From positions 5,022,001 to 5,086,000 of the forward strand of contig JAQFVV010000006.1 in NCBI GenBank assembly GCA_028023455.1: a stretch of 64,000 nucleotides of DNA, in the 5' to 3' direction. The notes under the pieces were generated by a model that worked only from the letters and a program-made list of their open reading frames with translations, was not told the DNA's origin and searched no databases. Origin of the DNA: Epiperipatus broadwayi. Lineage: Eukaryota; Animalia; Onychophora. How positions within the stretch are numbered: the first letter of the stretch is position 1; every line of letters begins with the position of its first letter. A program made the position numbers and the translations under genes. This document shows, piece after piece, positions 1 through 13,410 of the stretch.

Positions 1-480
1 CATAAATAAACTAAGCATAAAATAAAAACAGATGCTAAGAGACAAATGTATTATCTGCGTTTTTGGAGAGTTTATATACTTTAAATAACTCATTAAAAGT
101 TTCAGTTACTTTTGTTCAGTTATATATAATTTGAGTTACTTATTAGTTTTATTTAAACTGAGTTTTCATTAGAGGTTCTTAAAACTAAAGATAAAGGCTA
201 TTGATCATTTGAATATTTAAATGATGAAGCTTATCATTTATTCTGTAAATATACATAATCAATTCACTCTCTCACTTAAAATTGCATAAATAAACTAAGC
301 ATATATAAGAACAGATGCTAAGAGATGACTGGTATCATCTGTTTTCTGGAGTGTTTATTTATACAATACAATTGATTGGAAGCTATAGTTACGTCTTGTT
401 CAGTTACATATAATCTGAAATATTTACATATATTAAACTGAGCTTCATTAGAGATTGTAAAACGAAAGCTCGTGGTTTTA
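1..480. repeat. Partial tandem duplication, ~284 bp unit
   Basis: CATAAATAAACTAAGCAT...AACAGATGCTAAGAGA starts at 1 and again at 285; downstream similarity (TTGTTCAGTTA, TTAAACTGAG, TTCATTAGAG) continues; diverged copies; no HHR core recognised. Confidence 0.75.
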
Positions 481-531
481 ATCCTCTGATAATCTAAATA
501 GTGATTCTTATCGTTTATTATATATATATAT

Positions 532-584
<53 letters not shown>

Positions 585-737
585 CAATACATGATCATCA
601 TTTCTTATGCTTGCTCAAACTGTTACAACAGGCAAAACTCTCCATACAATAGTACCACTCAGTGCAAGCCAGAGTAATCAATGAATGCCAGAAGTCTTGT
701 GCATAAAATCTCTAACTAGTAACTATATTTCCAATAT

Positions 738-777
738 CCCCAGATTAGTTTCTAGCTTGTGGATTTCATCAGTGAGG
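738..777 (-). ncRNA. Minimal type I hammerhead ribozyme motif (family A), core intact
   Basis: Minus strand CCTCA-CTGATGA-AATCCACAAGCTA-GAAA-CTAA-TC-TGGGG; stem I CCTCA/TGGGG pairs; stem II weak. Confidence 0.7.
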
Positions 778-1387
778 AGCCTTGGATCTGAGAGCACTAA
801 TGCAACCCTCCAGCAGTCATCTTTTCCCTCTTTAGTTAACTACAAAACTAAAAGTCTAAAATTGAAAATACAATAACAATTTCAATCCAGGCTCATTAAC
901 TCATATAGTCATATATGTCTGAATTCAGTTCATTACCCATATATTTTGGTGTCTTTGGTCTTTAATAATGATAACCATCACTATCATATTAGGCAGGATT
1001 AGTATTAAACCATTAAGCATCATATGATTACCAGTTCTTATGCTTGCTCAAGCTGTTAATACAGGCAAAACTCTCCACACAATAGTGCCATTCAGGGCAA
1101 GCATAAGAAATGGTGATCATGTGATGTTTAGTAGTTTAATACCAATCTTTCCTAATAGGATAGTGGTTGTTATGGTTATTAAAAAACCAAAGATACCAAA
1201 ATGTATGGGTACTGAACTGAGTTCAGACCTATATGACTATATAAACTACTGAGCTTGGGTTAAAAATATTATTGTGTTTTCAATTTTAGACTCCTAGTTT
1301 TGTAGTTAATTAAAGAGGTAAAAGGTGGCTGTTGGAGAATTACATTAGATTCTAAAATCTAGATGCAGTGCTCTCAGATCCAAGGCT

Positions 1388-1427
1388 TCTCACTGATGAA
1401 AGCCATGAGCTAAAAACTAATCTGGGA
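1388..1427 (+). ncRNA. Hammerhead motif (family A), G12->A
   Basis: TCTCA-CTGATGA-AAGCCATGAGCTA-AAAA-CTAA-TC-TGGGA; outer stem I pair is T-A here versus C-G in other copies (compensatory). Confidence 0.65.
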
Positions 1428-1864
1428 TATTGGATGAGTAGGCACTAGATAGGTATTTTATGCACAAACCTTGTTGCATCCATTGATTACTCTGGCTTGC
1501 ACTGAGTGGCATTAAATTATTTAAATAAATTAAGCAATATTAACATTTGTCCTTTGGAGAGTTTATTTGCATTATATAACTCAGTGGAAGCTTCAGATAT
1601 TTCTTCCTGTTCATTCACATATAATCTTCTATCTATTATTTATTTATCTATGCATGTGTGCATACCAAAACGAAAGTTTTTGTAAGCAAAAATGTGAATA
1701 TAGTTTTGAGTTTTTTTCATTGTGTGAATGCTTGTTCTTTTTATTATTATTATATTTATTATAGCACCTACCATTTTTGGTAAATTTCAACTGCCATTAT
1801 CTAGATAGTTTGAATGGTCGGTAACCATTTCTAAAGTCTGATAAATACAAATTAAAATCTGTCT

Positions 1865-1966
1865 AGTCGAGAGGTCAGTGCAACTGCCTTGCAAGCAAGC
1901 AGTTTTTTGCAGATGGTTGTTGCGGGTTCGCCTCCTGGCTGATGCTATGACATATGGAAAAAAAAA
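1865..1966 (+). mobile_element. 5'-truncated tRNA-Gly-derived SINE
   Basis: GTCGAGAGGTCAGTG...GGGTTCGCCTCCTGGCTGATGCTATGACATATGG-A(n); matches copies at 39799 and 39978-40076. Confidence 0.7.
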
Positions 1967-2375
1967 TCTGGCTAAAATGTTAGTGCTAGATTATTCAAAA
2001 ATAATCGCCTATACAGACCAGATTTACATATCCAAAACACACATATATTTATATTCTGTATATATGCAAATGTGGATTTATATAAGTATCCAGCCATTTT
2101 TAATTAGACTTGTTTTAAACAAATATAAAAACACCAAACACAAACAGAAGTTGTCTAGCTTAAAATGTAATGACTATCTTTTTCATGGTTTTTGTTTGTG
2201 AACAAATATTGTGAGGGTATTTGTTTGCTGATGAGTTACTTATATTTGTCTTAACTTACATATTAATATATACAATTTATAACTGGATAGAGAACTATTA
2301 AAAGTGTAACTATGTTTCTATGATGTGTGCATGTACATACACATATACAAACAAATATATATATAGAAGACTTAC

Positions 2376-2720
2376 TTCTTGTTTTTTTCACTATTCTACT
2401 AAGAAAAGTTTGCATTAACAAAATTTTTACATCCATATTATTGGTTTCACCATGGACAGAAAATTCCTCTAATGTCAATGGATGAAAAAATCCATTATCT
2501 TTTTCAATAAGAAATTGGCATATTCCTGGTCCAGGATCTTTTAAAATAGCGCAGGTTTCCCAGCCAAACTTTTTAAATAAAAAACTAACACTCAGTTGTT
2601 GTTCTCTTTGGATCCCTGCAATTCCTGTTAATGTTCTAAATGAAGAAGGCCAAGCAAGTACATTCCATGTTAAATGAAAAATGTTTTTATATGTTGTAAG
2701 AGCAGCTCCTTGTAACAAAC
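2376..2720 (-). CDS. Internal coding exon (345 bp, phase 1-1), protein not recognised
   Basis: Inside the 151-codon ORF 2263-2718; acceptor TTTTAG| immediately before 2720, donor |GTAAGT after 2376; length divisible by 3; peptide LLQGAALTTYKNIFHLTWNVLAWPSSFRTLTG...LLMQTFLSRIVKKTR has non-repetitive composition. Confidence 0.7.
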
Positions 2721-4676
2721 CTAAAACATTATATATATAAAAACATTTTGGTTTTAATACTATTTTATTTGAAATATAAATATGTAAAATTAATTTTCCA
2801 TGATCTACCTAATACACGCACACACATATATATATATATTGTAACTACTGAAATCTGAAATCAATTTCAATATGTAGTGAAATGATAGTTGTAAACAAAT
2901 TTTTTTTCTTGTTTAATTTTAATAGTGAATAATTAACTTAGAGAGCATTGGAATATATTGCTATGACAACATATAATATTGAGAAGTGTTTATTATTAAT
3001 TGTAGTGTATGAAAATTTTGAGTTGACTTCACATTTTGAAAATGAATGTGAATAATAAAGCTTATAGTCTTAATAAAGTTATTTTTTCTTTATTATGTGT
3101 ATTTTCATTACTGCATTCACAATAAAAGATTCCAAATAATATCCCTAAATATTTAATGCCTCCAATATATTTGTTATTTTATTTTTATAATATTGTGTTA
3201 GAAAATAGGCATAAAAGTACATTTCCAGTATAGCATAAAAGAATGTAGCCTAAATTGTTGAGTTCATGTTAGAATGAAAGAATACTATTGGTTAAGATGT
3301 AAGTACTGTTTGTTTTGATTTGTTGTTGTTATTATTATGTAATAAGATTTTTATTTATGGAATGCTAGCTGAAATTGACCAAAGAGTTAATGTGGAGCAT
3401 TTCTGTAGTTTTTCTAATGTCAGTTGAAAAGTTAATAAATAGAACAAACAGGTTAACCCCACTCTCTCATGTTTTAACTTCAATAGAGGCAAACTTAAGT
3501 TTCTGCTTAGGATTTTTTATTTTTAAAAGTATATGATTATTAAATGGATAGGATAATGAGGTGAAAGAAATAATATTCATCCATTAACTGGACAGATTTA
3601 TAGAGTATTTGTGAAAAGCAACAATTTATTGAAAGAACAAAAATTAATTCATAGCATTTAAAAACCATTGGAATATGTCATTGCTATTAAAAATGGATAT
3701 TATTTATTTTTCAATGTTGAGATCTAAATGCTAACAGCAAAAAATGTACACAAGGATTAAGTTTACCTCCCAATAAAATAAATAATTTGCACATGAGATA
3801 TACATTGGTCAATTTTCATCACATTACCATGGATAAAACTAGTATCTGTTAGTTTGTAATGTTTTATGAATAAATCACTGGTTAAAGGGAAGGACATTTA
3901 TATTGCATCACCATGGTTACAAACCAGTGTTTGTTCACTTATAATGTCACATAAACCAAATATCGGCTACATGAAAGGATATTTTGGATATCTTTAAAAA
4001 ATATTGTAAATAATAAATATACTTCAAATCTAATAACTTTCTGTGATATTTCTATTTTTTCTGTAGTAACAAAATATCACAATATTGTCGTTCAAAAATA
4101 GACCTTAGAATTATGGTATTGTTTTGGAAATGTTATATTTGTGGATAATTAATCAGACCATTTACTTATAGATATTTTTAGATAATTGTATACAATATAA
4201 ATGGTAATATAATTTAGATTAAGTAGGGATTTATTTTATCACATATATAAAATATAAGAGAGTTATGTTTTCCTAAATTCAAATTTATATTGTATAGCTT
4301 CATAATTATAATTATAATTTAAAAAATATGTATCTATTTGTTGAGTATAAATTAATTTTAAGTATTTATTTTTATTTTATTCTTTTAGAACAACATAAAT
4401 GAATAGATAGATTCATCTTTAGTATATATTTTATTTCAATTAACTATTTTTATAGAAAAGGTTAATTATGTCCTGAACTCTCTTATATTTTGAGAAGTGC
4501 ATATATATTGCAACATTTTCATGTTACATAAAAATATATTTTAATCTTAGCATTTGATAAGTGAAGATTAATGTACAATCACCTATTTAAGTTAAAAGAA
4601 TTAATGTCAATTGAGAAACTATTTCATAAGGCATAATCAGATCATATGTGTATATTTTAAATGTTTATGGTGTTTG

Positions 4677-4736
<60 letters not shown>

Positions 4737-6137
4737 TATTCATGTGTTAATAAATATTGAATTAATTTAAAACAAATAAACTTGTTTGATTGTCATTTAA
4801 CTCTAGAATACAAATTTAGTGGTCAATGGTACATGGATAGGATACTTTTCATAAATTGATTATACCACATAATTCATTAAAAGCAATTAAAAATAAAAAA
4901 GGTCAAAAGTCCAATCACAGGATTGATAAGAACATAATTACATATCATTTTCTTTGTATTGAATTTAATTTTTATTATCTGAGCAGGTATAGATTTTTAT
5001 ATAGTAATGAATTAACTGATTTGACATTCTTAAATATTCAATAAATAATGAAAAGTTTATTGCAATTATATTGTTAGTTGCAACTAACAATTATATTAAA
5101 ATATAAATTATATCTGAATTTATTCAATGATTGATAAAGATACAAATACAATAATTACTGAAGATGACTAAAGATAATTGCAATAAGATATTTGCATATT
5201 TTATTTTAAATTATTATTGATTAAGGTGTATATTAAGTCACTATTCAGCTATAAAGACTGAAATCTTACTTTATTATAGAGAGTTGGTAATAATAAATTT
5301 TATTCTGTTAAAAATTAGAGTCATTTGCTTTAATTATATTTAAAATTCATTGATACAAATCATAAATTCAGTTTAGATATTAAATTTTAATATTAATATT
5401 GAATGTGATAAACACTTATAATCTTTCATATGTCTTGATAATTATGGTCTAAAGTCTAAACAACTTAGCTTTATTAAACTGAAGAGTAATTGAATATGAT
5501 TTGTCTATAGCATTTAAATAACCATCAAACAGGAATTTATCATTTATTTTATATATTGATATTATTGGATATTATGAATGTTTTTAATAAGATGATTTTA
5601 TTTTATAGTATTATAAGTTGGCGAAAGTGGTGAGATATGTTAGGTTAATTGATTTTTGTACTATTATTAAGTATGTTATATATTGATATTATTGGAATAG
5701 CATGGCTGAGTTAGCACTACTTTTATTTTATTTAGTTATAATTGGAAATAAATTATTGAGTTGTATATATTTATTTAAGATATCATTGATATTTAGATTT
5801 GTAGGGCAGATTAAATTATTATCCTATTCATTTTTTTCCCAACTAATTCAAAATTTAAAAAATTACAAAAATAAAATAAAAAAATAGGAAATAAAATAAA
5901 ATTAACACCAATAAATAACTCAGAGATACATAAAAAATTGTTAAATTTAAAATCAATTTTTAACCCATAAAAAATACATCTCAAAAAGATTAAAATCATA
6001 ATTTAAAAAGTTAAAAATATTACTGTTATAACAGTCAGGTCCTAAAATCACATCCACTTTATCCTCATCTATTAATTCCATCACTGCTCCAATGTCTTGA
6101 AACTGGTCACAGATTGCATCTTTGAACTCCAATCTAA

Positions 6138-6205
6138 AATAATAAGAATAATAACAATAACAATAATGATGATGATGATGATGATAATAATAATAATAAT
6201 AATGA

Positions 6206-6239
<34 letters not shown>

Positions 6240-6273
6240 GGTGATGGTGATCATGATTATGGTGATGATGATA
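6138..6273. repeat. Compound trinucleotide microsatellite (AAT/GAT/GGT)n
   Basis: Direct reading; explains the poly-I and poly-M ORFs 6081-6320 and 6097-6291. Confidence 0.95.
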
Positions 6274-6309
6274 ATATGCAATTTATGTTGACTACTGTTT
6301 TCGATTTTT

Positions 6310-6480
6310 CCAAGATACAATCCATGTTGTATTAATATTTTTCCATTTTGCCAAGATGAAATTCATGCTGACTAGTATTTTTCTGTTTTCCCAAAAATGC
6401 AATCCATGCATACTAGTGTTTTTCATTCATTCAGGATGCAATTCATACTGAACCAGTGTTTTTCCATTTTTTCAATGTTA
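6310..6480. repeat. Degenerate ~40 bp minisatellite, 4-5 units
   Basis: CAAGATGCAAT(C/T)CATGC..ACTAGTRTTTTTCCATTTT recurs at about 40 bp spacing. Confidence 0.6.
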
Positions 6481-7794
6481 GCCAGAATTTTTTCATTTTT
6501 TTTCCACATGGAACTTGGGCAACAAATAAACAAGTCTTAGCTATGAAAACTATAATGCTCTCACCAAATGAGCCCAATTTTTATTGGAACCATATCTCAA
6601 TCTAGCACCAACTTCAATCCCTCCTTCATATAATTTCAATCACACTATCATGTGTTTCCACATATTTTTCTCAATATCACATTTAAAAATTCTATGTAAC
6701 CTTAATTTGACTGTTACATAATAATTATTTTTTTAATGATTGTAAATCATTTTTTCTTTCCTATCACAATCAAGACGATAAACCTTTATTACATATGTGA
6801 TATCATCAATCAATTTGAACCTATGACCTCATGTTTTTCAAAAATAACTTATGTAACCCTTATTGAGTCTCAATAAAGTTCGTTAAGTGTAACTATTTCA
6901 TTTCTACTACTTATAAACACTTCGAAAATGTTATATCTTCTAGTACAACCTTCAATAAATACTAACATGGAATAATGCAGTAGTTAGGAAGGGCATATTT
7001 TATACTACCAACTATCACAAGTGCATTTAAAAATGAAAAGCTAATAAACATAGTATTTATCTTCTTATAATGCAGGTAAAAATGAAAAGTAAACAAAGTA
7101 AATAAACAAATTCTAATAAGCAGGTAAAAATTAATAATAAGTTAAACAGATAAATAAATTATATGTGACCATCTGAAATGTACGCTTATAAAAAAAATAA
7201 TAATAAAATTTTATTAAATAAGATTTTCTAAGTAACAGAGATGATAACATAATAATGTCAACGTAATAGAAACGTATTTAATTAATAAGAAATATTTATT
7301 TACACTATGAGATAATACTTATGCAATAAATATTTATTTACAATAAGCAACATTTTTATATTTAATCAATTAGATTAACAAAATATTAATAAACTTTAAA
7401 CATAAATATCTCTTTCCATAATACATTTCTACAGAGTTTACAATACAAGCAATTATCACCACCCAAAAGTTTTCACCTTTATATAATCCGGGTCTCTCTT
7501 TAAATATTATACACGGAGAGTAAAACAATATACCTATATGCTTATATTCAAGCCACCAATAAAATATTGTAACTTTTACTTTCGAAACTAGGCTTGAAAG
7601 TCATTGTAGAGACACTTTATATAGATTTACAAAGATAGCAAAAATTATGCAAAATAGTAACACGAATATAATATTATTAACATCTATAATGGGGCGTGGA
7701 AATAAATATGGTCGATGCTCACAATGTAATTTAAATTTAAGTTGTAGCAGAGTTAATAATATATTTTTAAGCTAAGCATGCTTTCAGATATTAT

Positions 7795-7878
7795 AACATA
7801 AACATGGAAAACTCTTCATACAGTAGTGCCACTCTAACAGCTTCTGCAAGCATAAGAAATGGTGATCATGTGATATTA
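7795..7878. mobile_element. Short family A fragment with inverted junction
   Basis: AAAACTCTTCATACAGTAGTGCCACT (minus sense) followed by GCAAGCATAAGAAATGGTGATCATGTGATATT (plus sense, family 3' end). Confidence 0.8.
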
Positions 7879-9139
7879 TAACACACTAAAGAATGCAAAT
7901 TGGATAATGAAAATTATGAATAAGCAAAATACAAAAAGTCATTCAGTAACTATGTGCAGGTAAGGCTGACAAATAAGAAATCCAAACTCTCAATCATAGA
8001 GGGGCTGAATGAATACAAAAGTAATATACTATCTGCATAAAATTTGCCCAAATAAATACTCTAATGGTACAAGGCATGGATTTGATAATGATAATAAATA
8101 ATTAATTAATCAAACATCTGTCAAATACATACAAAGGCATACAATCCATCTATTTAGCTTAACACCCTGTATATGCTTACAAATCATAATTGCATAATGA
8201 TAACATTTAGTTTTATAAGCTATCTCAATTTTCACATATACCAGACATTCATAACATTTTTATACATAAACATTTATATAGGATATATAAAAAGGCTGTT
8301 ATACCCTGGGTACAATAATTCATTTTGGCTGAAATGACAAATATGAGAACTCTGAGAATTAAAAAAATAACTTATAAAATAAACCTTTTTACCTAAATTT
8401 TTTATCCACTTTTGTTCATGTGAACATATCATTATACATATATTTTACACCACCATAAATAATAATAACAATTAAATATAAGGTATAAATTATAAGTATA
8501 TAATATCAATAATAAATTTTAAATATACCCAATATATGTATATGCTAAGTAATTCTGTTTTACCATTTATATTAGAGACTTAAGTTCTTTTTATATTGCA
8601 ATAAAAGTGACCCCCTTTCATTCAAGTCCTTTTGTATCTTTTTTAAGAAAATACTACAATACAGTCTCAGCTAAAAAAACTTTTTTAAAACAATCATTCG
8701 ATCTCAGACTAAACGTTTGCAGCCAAACCAATGCCTGCTTTCAGATATATAGTCGCAACCAATGCAATATGAAGATGCTAGCATAAAACCTCACTGACAA
8801 GAATGTGCATCTGACAGTGTGATATTATTTAAAGGACACAATCCTCATCCAGTACAGGAATGTGCATCTGTCTGGTGAAGGAATCATGTATATAAAATAA
8901 TTAAAAAGAAATGCTACACATGGGGGGAGAGCGGTCTTACTGCTGACTTATTGTCCCCATCCATAGAGCTAAAAAGAGATCAATGGTGCAAGAAATACAT
9001 CTGTGTCCATTGCAATGCAATGAATACATCTTTGGGTCATGCAATCAATTGGGCATGTTGCCCTATATGCTAAACATGCTTCACATTACATTGATATAAA
9101 CACCCATATATCCCTCCACCAGCATCGACCTAACTATGA

Positions 9140-9425
9140 AACAAATAGCCTGAAATAAAAGCCCTTTAAAATAAACATAAATGATTAAAATACAAAGTTA
9201 TTGATGGAATTGCAGAGGGAAATTTACAAGAAACCCAATGGCATTCATCATAAGATGCCGCATTGACACCAATAACTTAAAAGATATTTGAATAAATACA
9301 TTTTTAGATACACAACATGAGGTATTGTATTTACCGAATATCTATATATTTTAATCAATATGAAAAAAAAAATAATTAAAAGGATGCAGTCATCTATACC
9401 CAACTTAAATTTAATACATTTAAAT
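9140..9425 (-). repeat. Dispersed repeat, inverted partner of 12270-12560
   Basis: Reverse complement aligns with 12270-12560 (TTAAATTTAAGTTGGGTATAGA...GCATCTTATGATGAATGCYATTGGGTTTCTT...TTTCCCTCTGCAATTCCA). Confidence 0.8.
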
Positions 9426-9869
9426 AATTTAGTCAATAAATAAAAATTAAAAAAATGGAAATGATTAAGTCAGCAAACTCAAAATATTTAAAATTAAACA
9501 TCAATAACTGATTTTGAAATCTTAAGTCAGATTAAAGTTCATTTTAAAAATTAGATTTAGTTTGTCAAATCTTAATGAAAGTTTTTAATTACTTTTTTTT
9601 TTAGTTTATATCTTACAGTAGAAGAGCTCCTGGTTTCTGCTGCCAATTCCTGTGAAGACTTTATTAGTTATAATTTCATGGAAAACTGGTCTGATGTTCA
9701 TACCATAGTTCTCAATCCAGAGGCTGCCTTAGCTGGTTCAATCCTGGTACTATTTAATTGCAGTACCCATATGATTTGGGGTCAGCAACAGTAGGCATTC
9801 ATAATTCAACAGTCATTTAATTTCATTTGAAATAAGTGAGAGAGTGTGACAAGTGCATCTTATCACCCC

Positions 9870-10900
9870 TCTTTAAAAAAATGAAGTTGAAACTGTTTTA
9901 ATTTGAATATGTTTTCCTTTTATACCAATCATCCAGATTCACTGAACATAGTTTCCTATTCCAATCATTTTCATTAAGATCTGACCATTGATTTGCTGCT
10001 TCTATTGGACATCTAATTTTTTTTGTTCTCATATCTATATCTTTCATCTGACTTTTTTATATAAGAGCCCCAAAGGCTAGTTTGCTTTTCGTTTAATTTA
10101 TAAAACAATCATTTCCATTTATTGAGATTACATAGGAATCTTTTAACAAAAATATTTTATCTTTAGATCTTGTACTTTTTTTATAAAAAAATATGTTCAA
10201 ATACTTTTTATTTTAAAAAGAAAATAATACTTTTAAAGTTTTCATTCCATCTGTGCGATATATTATATACATTAAACAACTTTTAATTTTCAGTTTTAAG
10301 TTAAGTTTTTTTTTTTTTTTAATAAATCAATTTTTATTTACGATCTCTTTTATTTAATTTAAAATAATGTAATGGCATATTATATACCATTACATTACCT
10401 TATACGGTTGTACTTTTTCTTGCTCACAATTTCAGTCCCTATGGTTCTTGTGATCTTGAGCTAGCTATAAAGCAATAATAGTTACTGTATTTGTATTTAG
10501 GGATACCTGTTTGTGTTTCGATAGCCAGAAAGTTCTCTCAATGGCAAAAAGATATAAATTACCTTTAAAATCCATTCACTACATTTTATTTGTTTAGATT
10601 AGAAATTATATTATAGTTGGTCTGTGCACTCATGGTACCATATGGCCAGAGCATCGATAATGATCAAAATGTAACAGGATCCCAGAATTTTTCTATTATG
10701 ATTAGATATACTTTAGCACTCAAGTATGTTCATCCATATGATTTTTATATTTTGTCCTAAATTTGAAAGTGGTTAGATAACTGTTTATAATGTATGTCTT
10801 TTAAATCCAGTCATAAACCATGACTGTTGATTTTATGAATGCTGGTAATATTGTTTTACAACTACTTATTGTAACGGGCACAGACAATGTTACATTGTTT
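9870..10900 (-). pseudogene. Highly decayed gypsy-like integrase with polypurine tract
   Basis: Minus-strand remnants YILIIIDALAIW (cf. YILVIVDAFSKW) and GIPKYKYSN (cf. GxPxxIxSDN); TTTTAAAGAGGGG|TG near 9870 resembles PPT/LTR start; many stops and frameshifts. Confidence 0.45.
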
Positions 10901-12269
10901 TTTTATTAGTAAACATGAAAAGAATAAAAGTTCGCAAATAAAACTTCCTTTTTAAGAATTAAAAATTGAAAATTAAAAAATCATCTTAAACTCATATATA
11001 TATATATAATCACACAGATGAAAAAAATTATTAAAATAAAACTTTATTAAAAATAGAAAAAGTATTTTAAAAGCAAAAACTTAAAAAGATTTAATTGAAG
11101 ATAAAAAATATATCTTCAAGAATGTATATAAATTAATTAATCTTTTGTAAAATGGAAATGATTATTTTAATTAGTAAGCTAGCCCTTGGGCATTTAAATG
11201 TATAAGCAAAGGTCAGATAGGAAAGAAAAACAATGAAATCGGACCTCAGTGAAAGGACCATCACATCGATGATGTAATGTAAATTGAATCCTTAAAATTA
11301 ATATAAAAGGAAAAGTTTGGAAATTATTTGGGAGTTATTACAAGAGGACAGATATGTGTTAAGTTGGAGAGGGTTGGGGGAGAAGAGATTGAAAGACACA
11401 CTTTCAATTCCTTCAGTGGTTATAAAAAAGAAAGAAAGAGAAATGACTGATTGTTTTCTACATTAAGGATCAGCTAAAGTAAAAGACCTCCTGGATAAAT
11501 AAAAAACAATGGCTAACTGGATACCAATATCTTCAGGATGGCATGGGAATTCCCATTCAAAATTACAAACCACTACAAATTATGGACCTTTTAAAACTGT
11601 AAGAACTTTAGTTAATTCATGAACATTAAATTAAAAACTTTCTATATTTAAAAAAAAATAGAAATAGATTCCTATCTGACCAAACTAAATTATTTATTAA
11701 TTAGTTATAATTTTATTTGATGTATTTCTTGTTTGTAAAATCATTTCCATTTATTTATTTTTGTTCTTTAAGTTTTATTTATGATTTTTGTTTTGTGATA
11801 AATTAAATTATATAAATGTTAAACTTAAGTCGGGCGTGAATGCCTATATAGATTTGTAAAGTTATATTAGGGGAGGGTAATCTTAGGTTATTTGTTTTGT
11901 AGTTGAATTAGGTTAATGGATTGGATATATTGGTGTAAGTAGTAGATGTAGTACGAGATTCACTACAGGCAGAATCGCTTTTCACGGTGCACACTTTATT
12001 TTTGCCTATGGAATGTGATTTGTAAGTCGGCAAAATGACTGCAGTCCTTTCCTATGGAGTTTTTTTTTTATTGCTCTTATCATCTGATAGATGTAGTATT
12101 ACTATCTGATGAAAGGCAATTTCTTCTCTTAACCTATTTGTGCTGTCGTAGTCACATTACATTGAATACATCGATAAATCAGATGGATTGAAGTGGGTTT
12201 GACTGTGAACTTTTGGCCTAAGGTTAAACAAGGATGTACTCTATTCATACTCAACACTGTAAATAAAAA

Positions 12270-12560
12270 TGCATTAAATTTAAGTTGGGTATAGACGCTT
12301 GCATGGGTTCGTTACCGGTTAATTATGTTTTTGGTTTTCATATGTGATCAAAATATATAGACATTCAGTAAATACTGATGCCTTACAGTGAGTATCTAAG
12401 ATGTATTTATGTCAGATGTCTTTTAAGATATTGGTGTCTCTGCAGCATCTTATGATGAATGCTATTGGGTTTCTTATAATTTTCCCTCTGCAATTCCACC
12501 AATGATTTTATATTTTGATCATTTATGTTTATTTTGAAATGTTTTTGACCGTGTAATCTA
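12270..12560 (+). repeat. Dispersed repeat, inverted partner of 9140-9425
   Basis: See 9140-9425. Confidence 0.8.
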
Positions 12561-13239
12561 TGTAACCAATCTATACTCAACATTAAAAACACATTTTATA
12601 AATCCATCTGTGCGAACTTATAACATTTAAAATATAAACTTATAAAAATTAAAATGTAAAATCAAATTCTAAAATCAAGTTAAAATTATAAAGTAAAAGT
12701 AATATTAAAATGATTCAAAATTTATATATGCATTAATAAATATTTGTGTGTATAATTACTGGCAGTGGCTTATTTTATTCTTTTTTTGAAAATATTTTTA
12801 GATAAGAATTTATTGTAAAATATAAATCTCTGCTGTTCCATCTGAGCTAGTGATAATGGGCTAACGACCGGAATCGACCAATATAAATTTCTTTTTTAAC
12901 TTGCGTATCTGCCTACTTTATAAATTTTTCTAGGCTCAAATGCCTAGAGTGGTGCCCTGTAGTGTAGATTACGTTAAGCTTCTCTCTTTCTCCGTATCAT
13001 TATATTATAGTTATTAAATGCTTAATAACATGCTCATTTATATTTATTGTTGATTGTGATATTCAGTGGATATTGTGATGATGATTATTATCCTTTTTTT
13101 CTTGTTGTTACGTATTTCTAATCCACTGCAAAAAAGGATGGGGACTACATCCCTCAAGGTGAAAAAATATAAAGCAATCAGTTGTCCCAGATCACAATCT
13201 TTTGCACATGTCTTTCTTATTGTTGAGTGTATGTGAATG

Positions 13240-13410
13240 GACAGTTACCACAGTTGATTATAATTATTGGGGTTAATGCATCTTTTTCACATGTTTTCGG
13301 TCATATGTTTATGATTACACCCATCCACAAAGCACTAAAAGTTGATGAAAATCAGTCTCTAACTTTCATGAGAGTTGTGTAGTGAAAATTACACTACAGA
13401 AATATTATTC
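13240..13410 (+). mobile_element. Family C fragment lacking the HHR core
   Basis: CTTTTTCACATG...GGTCATATGTTTATGATT...GTGTAGTGAAAATTACACTACAGAAATATTA matches units of 28620-29905. Confidence 0.7.

Larger units (their letters stand above)
590..1510. mobile_element. Family A HHR repeat: ~1.1 monomer on minus (590-1099) joined head-to-head to ~1 monomer on plus (1094-1510)
   Basis: TTCTTATGCTTGCTCAA recurs at 602 and 1035 (period 433); right arm is the reverse complement of the left; GCAAGC microhomology at junction. Confidence 0.9.

Noticed and set aside
318-587. ORFs rich in I/Y/M/L/S (318-587, 6081-6320, 6097-6291, 22024-22263, 22554-22742, 22691-22987, 22948-23184)
   Set aside because: Translations of (AT)n, trinucleotide and (ATAG)n microsatellites; not genes
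685-1252. Short ORFs inside HHR repeat families (e.g. 685-876, 1040-1252, 14085-14552, 36787-36984, 40160-40384, 43256-43468)
   Set aside because: Frames are not conserved between copies of the same family; no protein motifs
9619-9790. Plus-strand open frame with AG/GT ends (EELLVSAANSCEDF...)
   Set aside because: An alternative minus-strand frame is similarly plausible and the segment lies just past a PPT-like motif, so it may be LTR sequence; unresolved without RNA-seq
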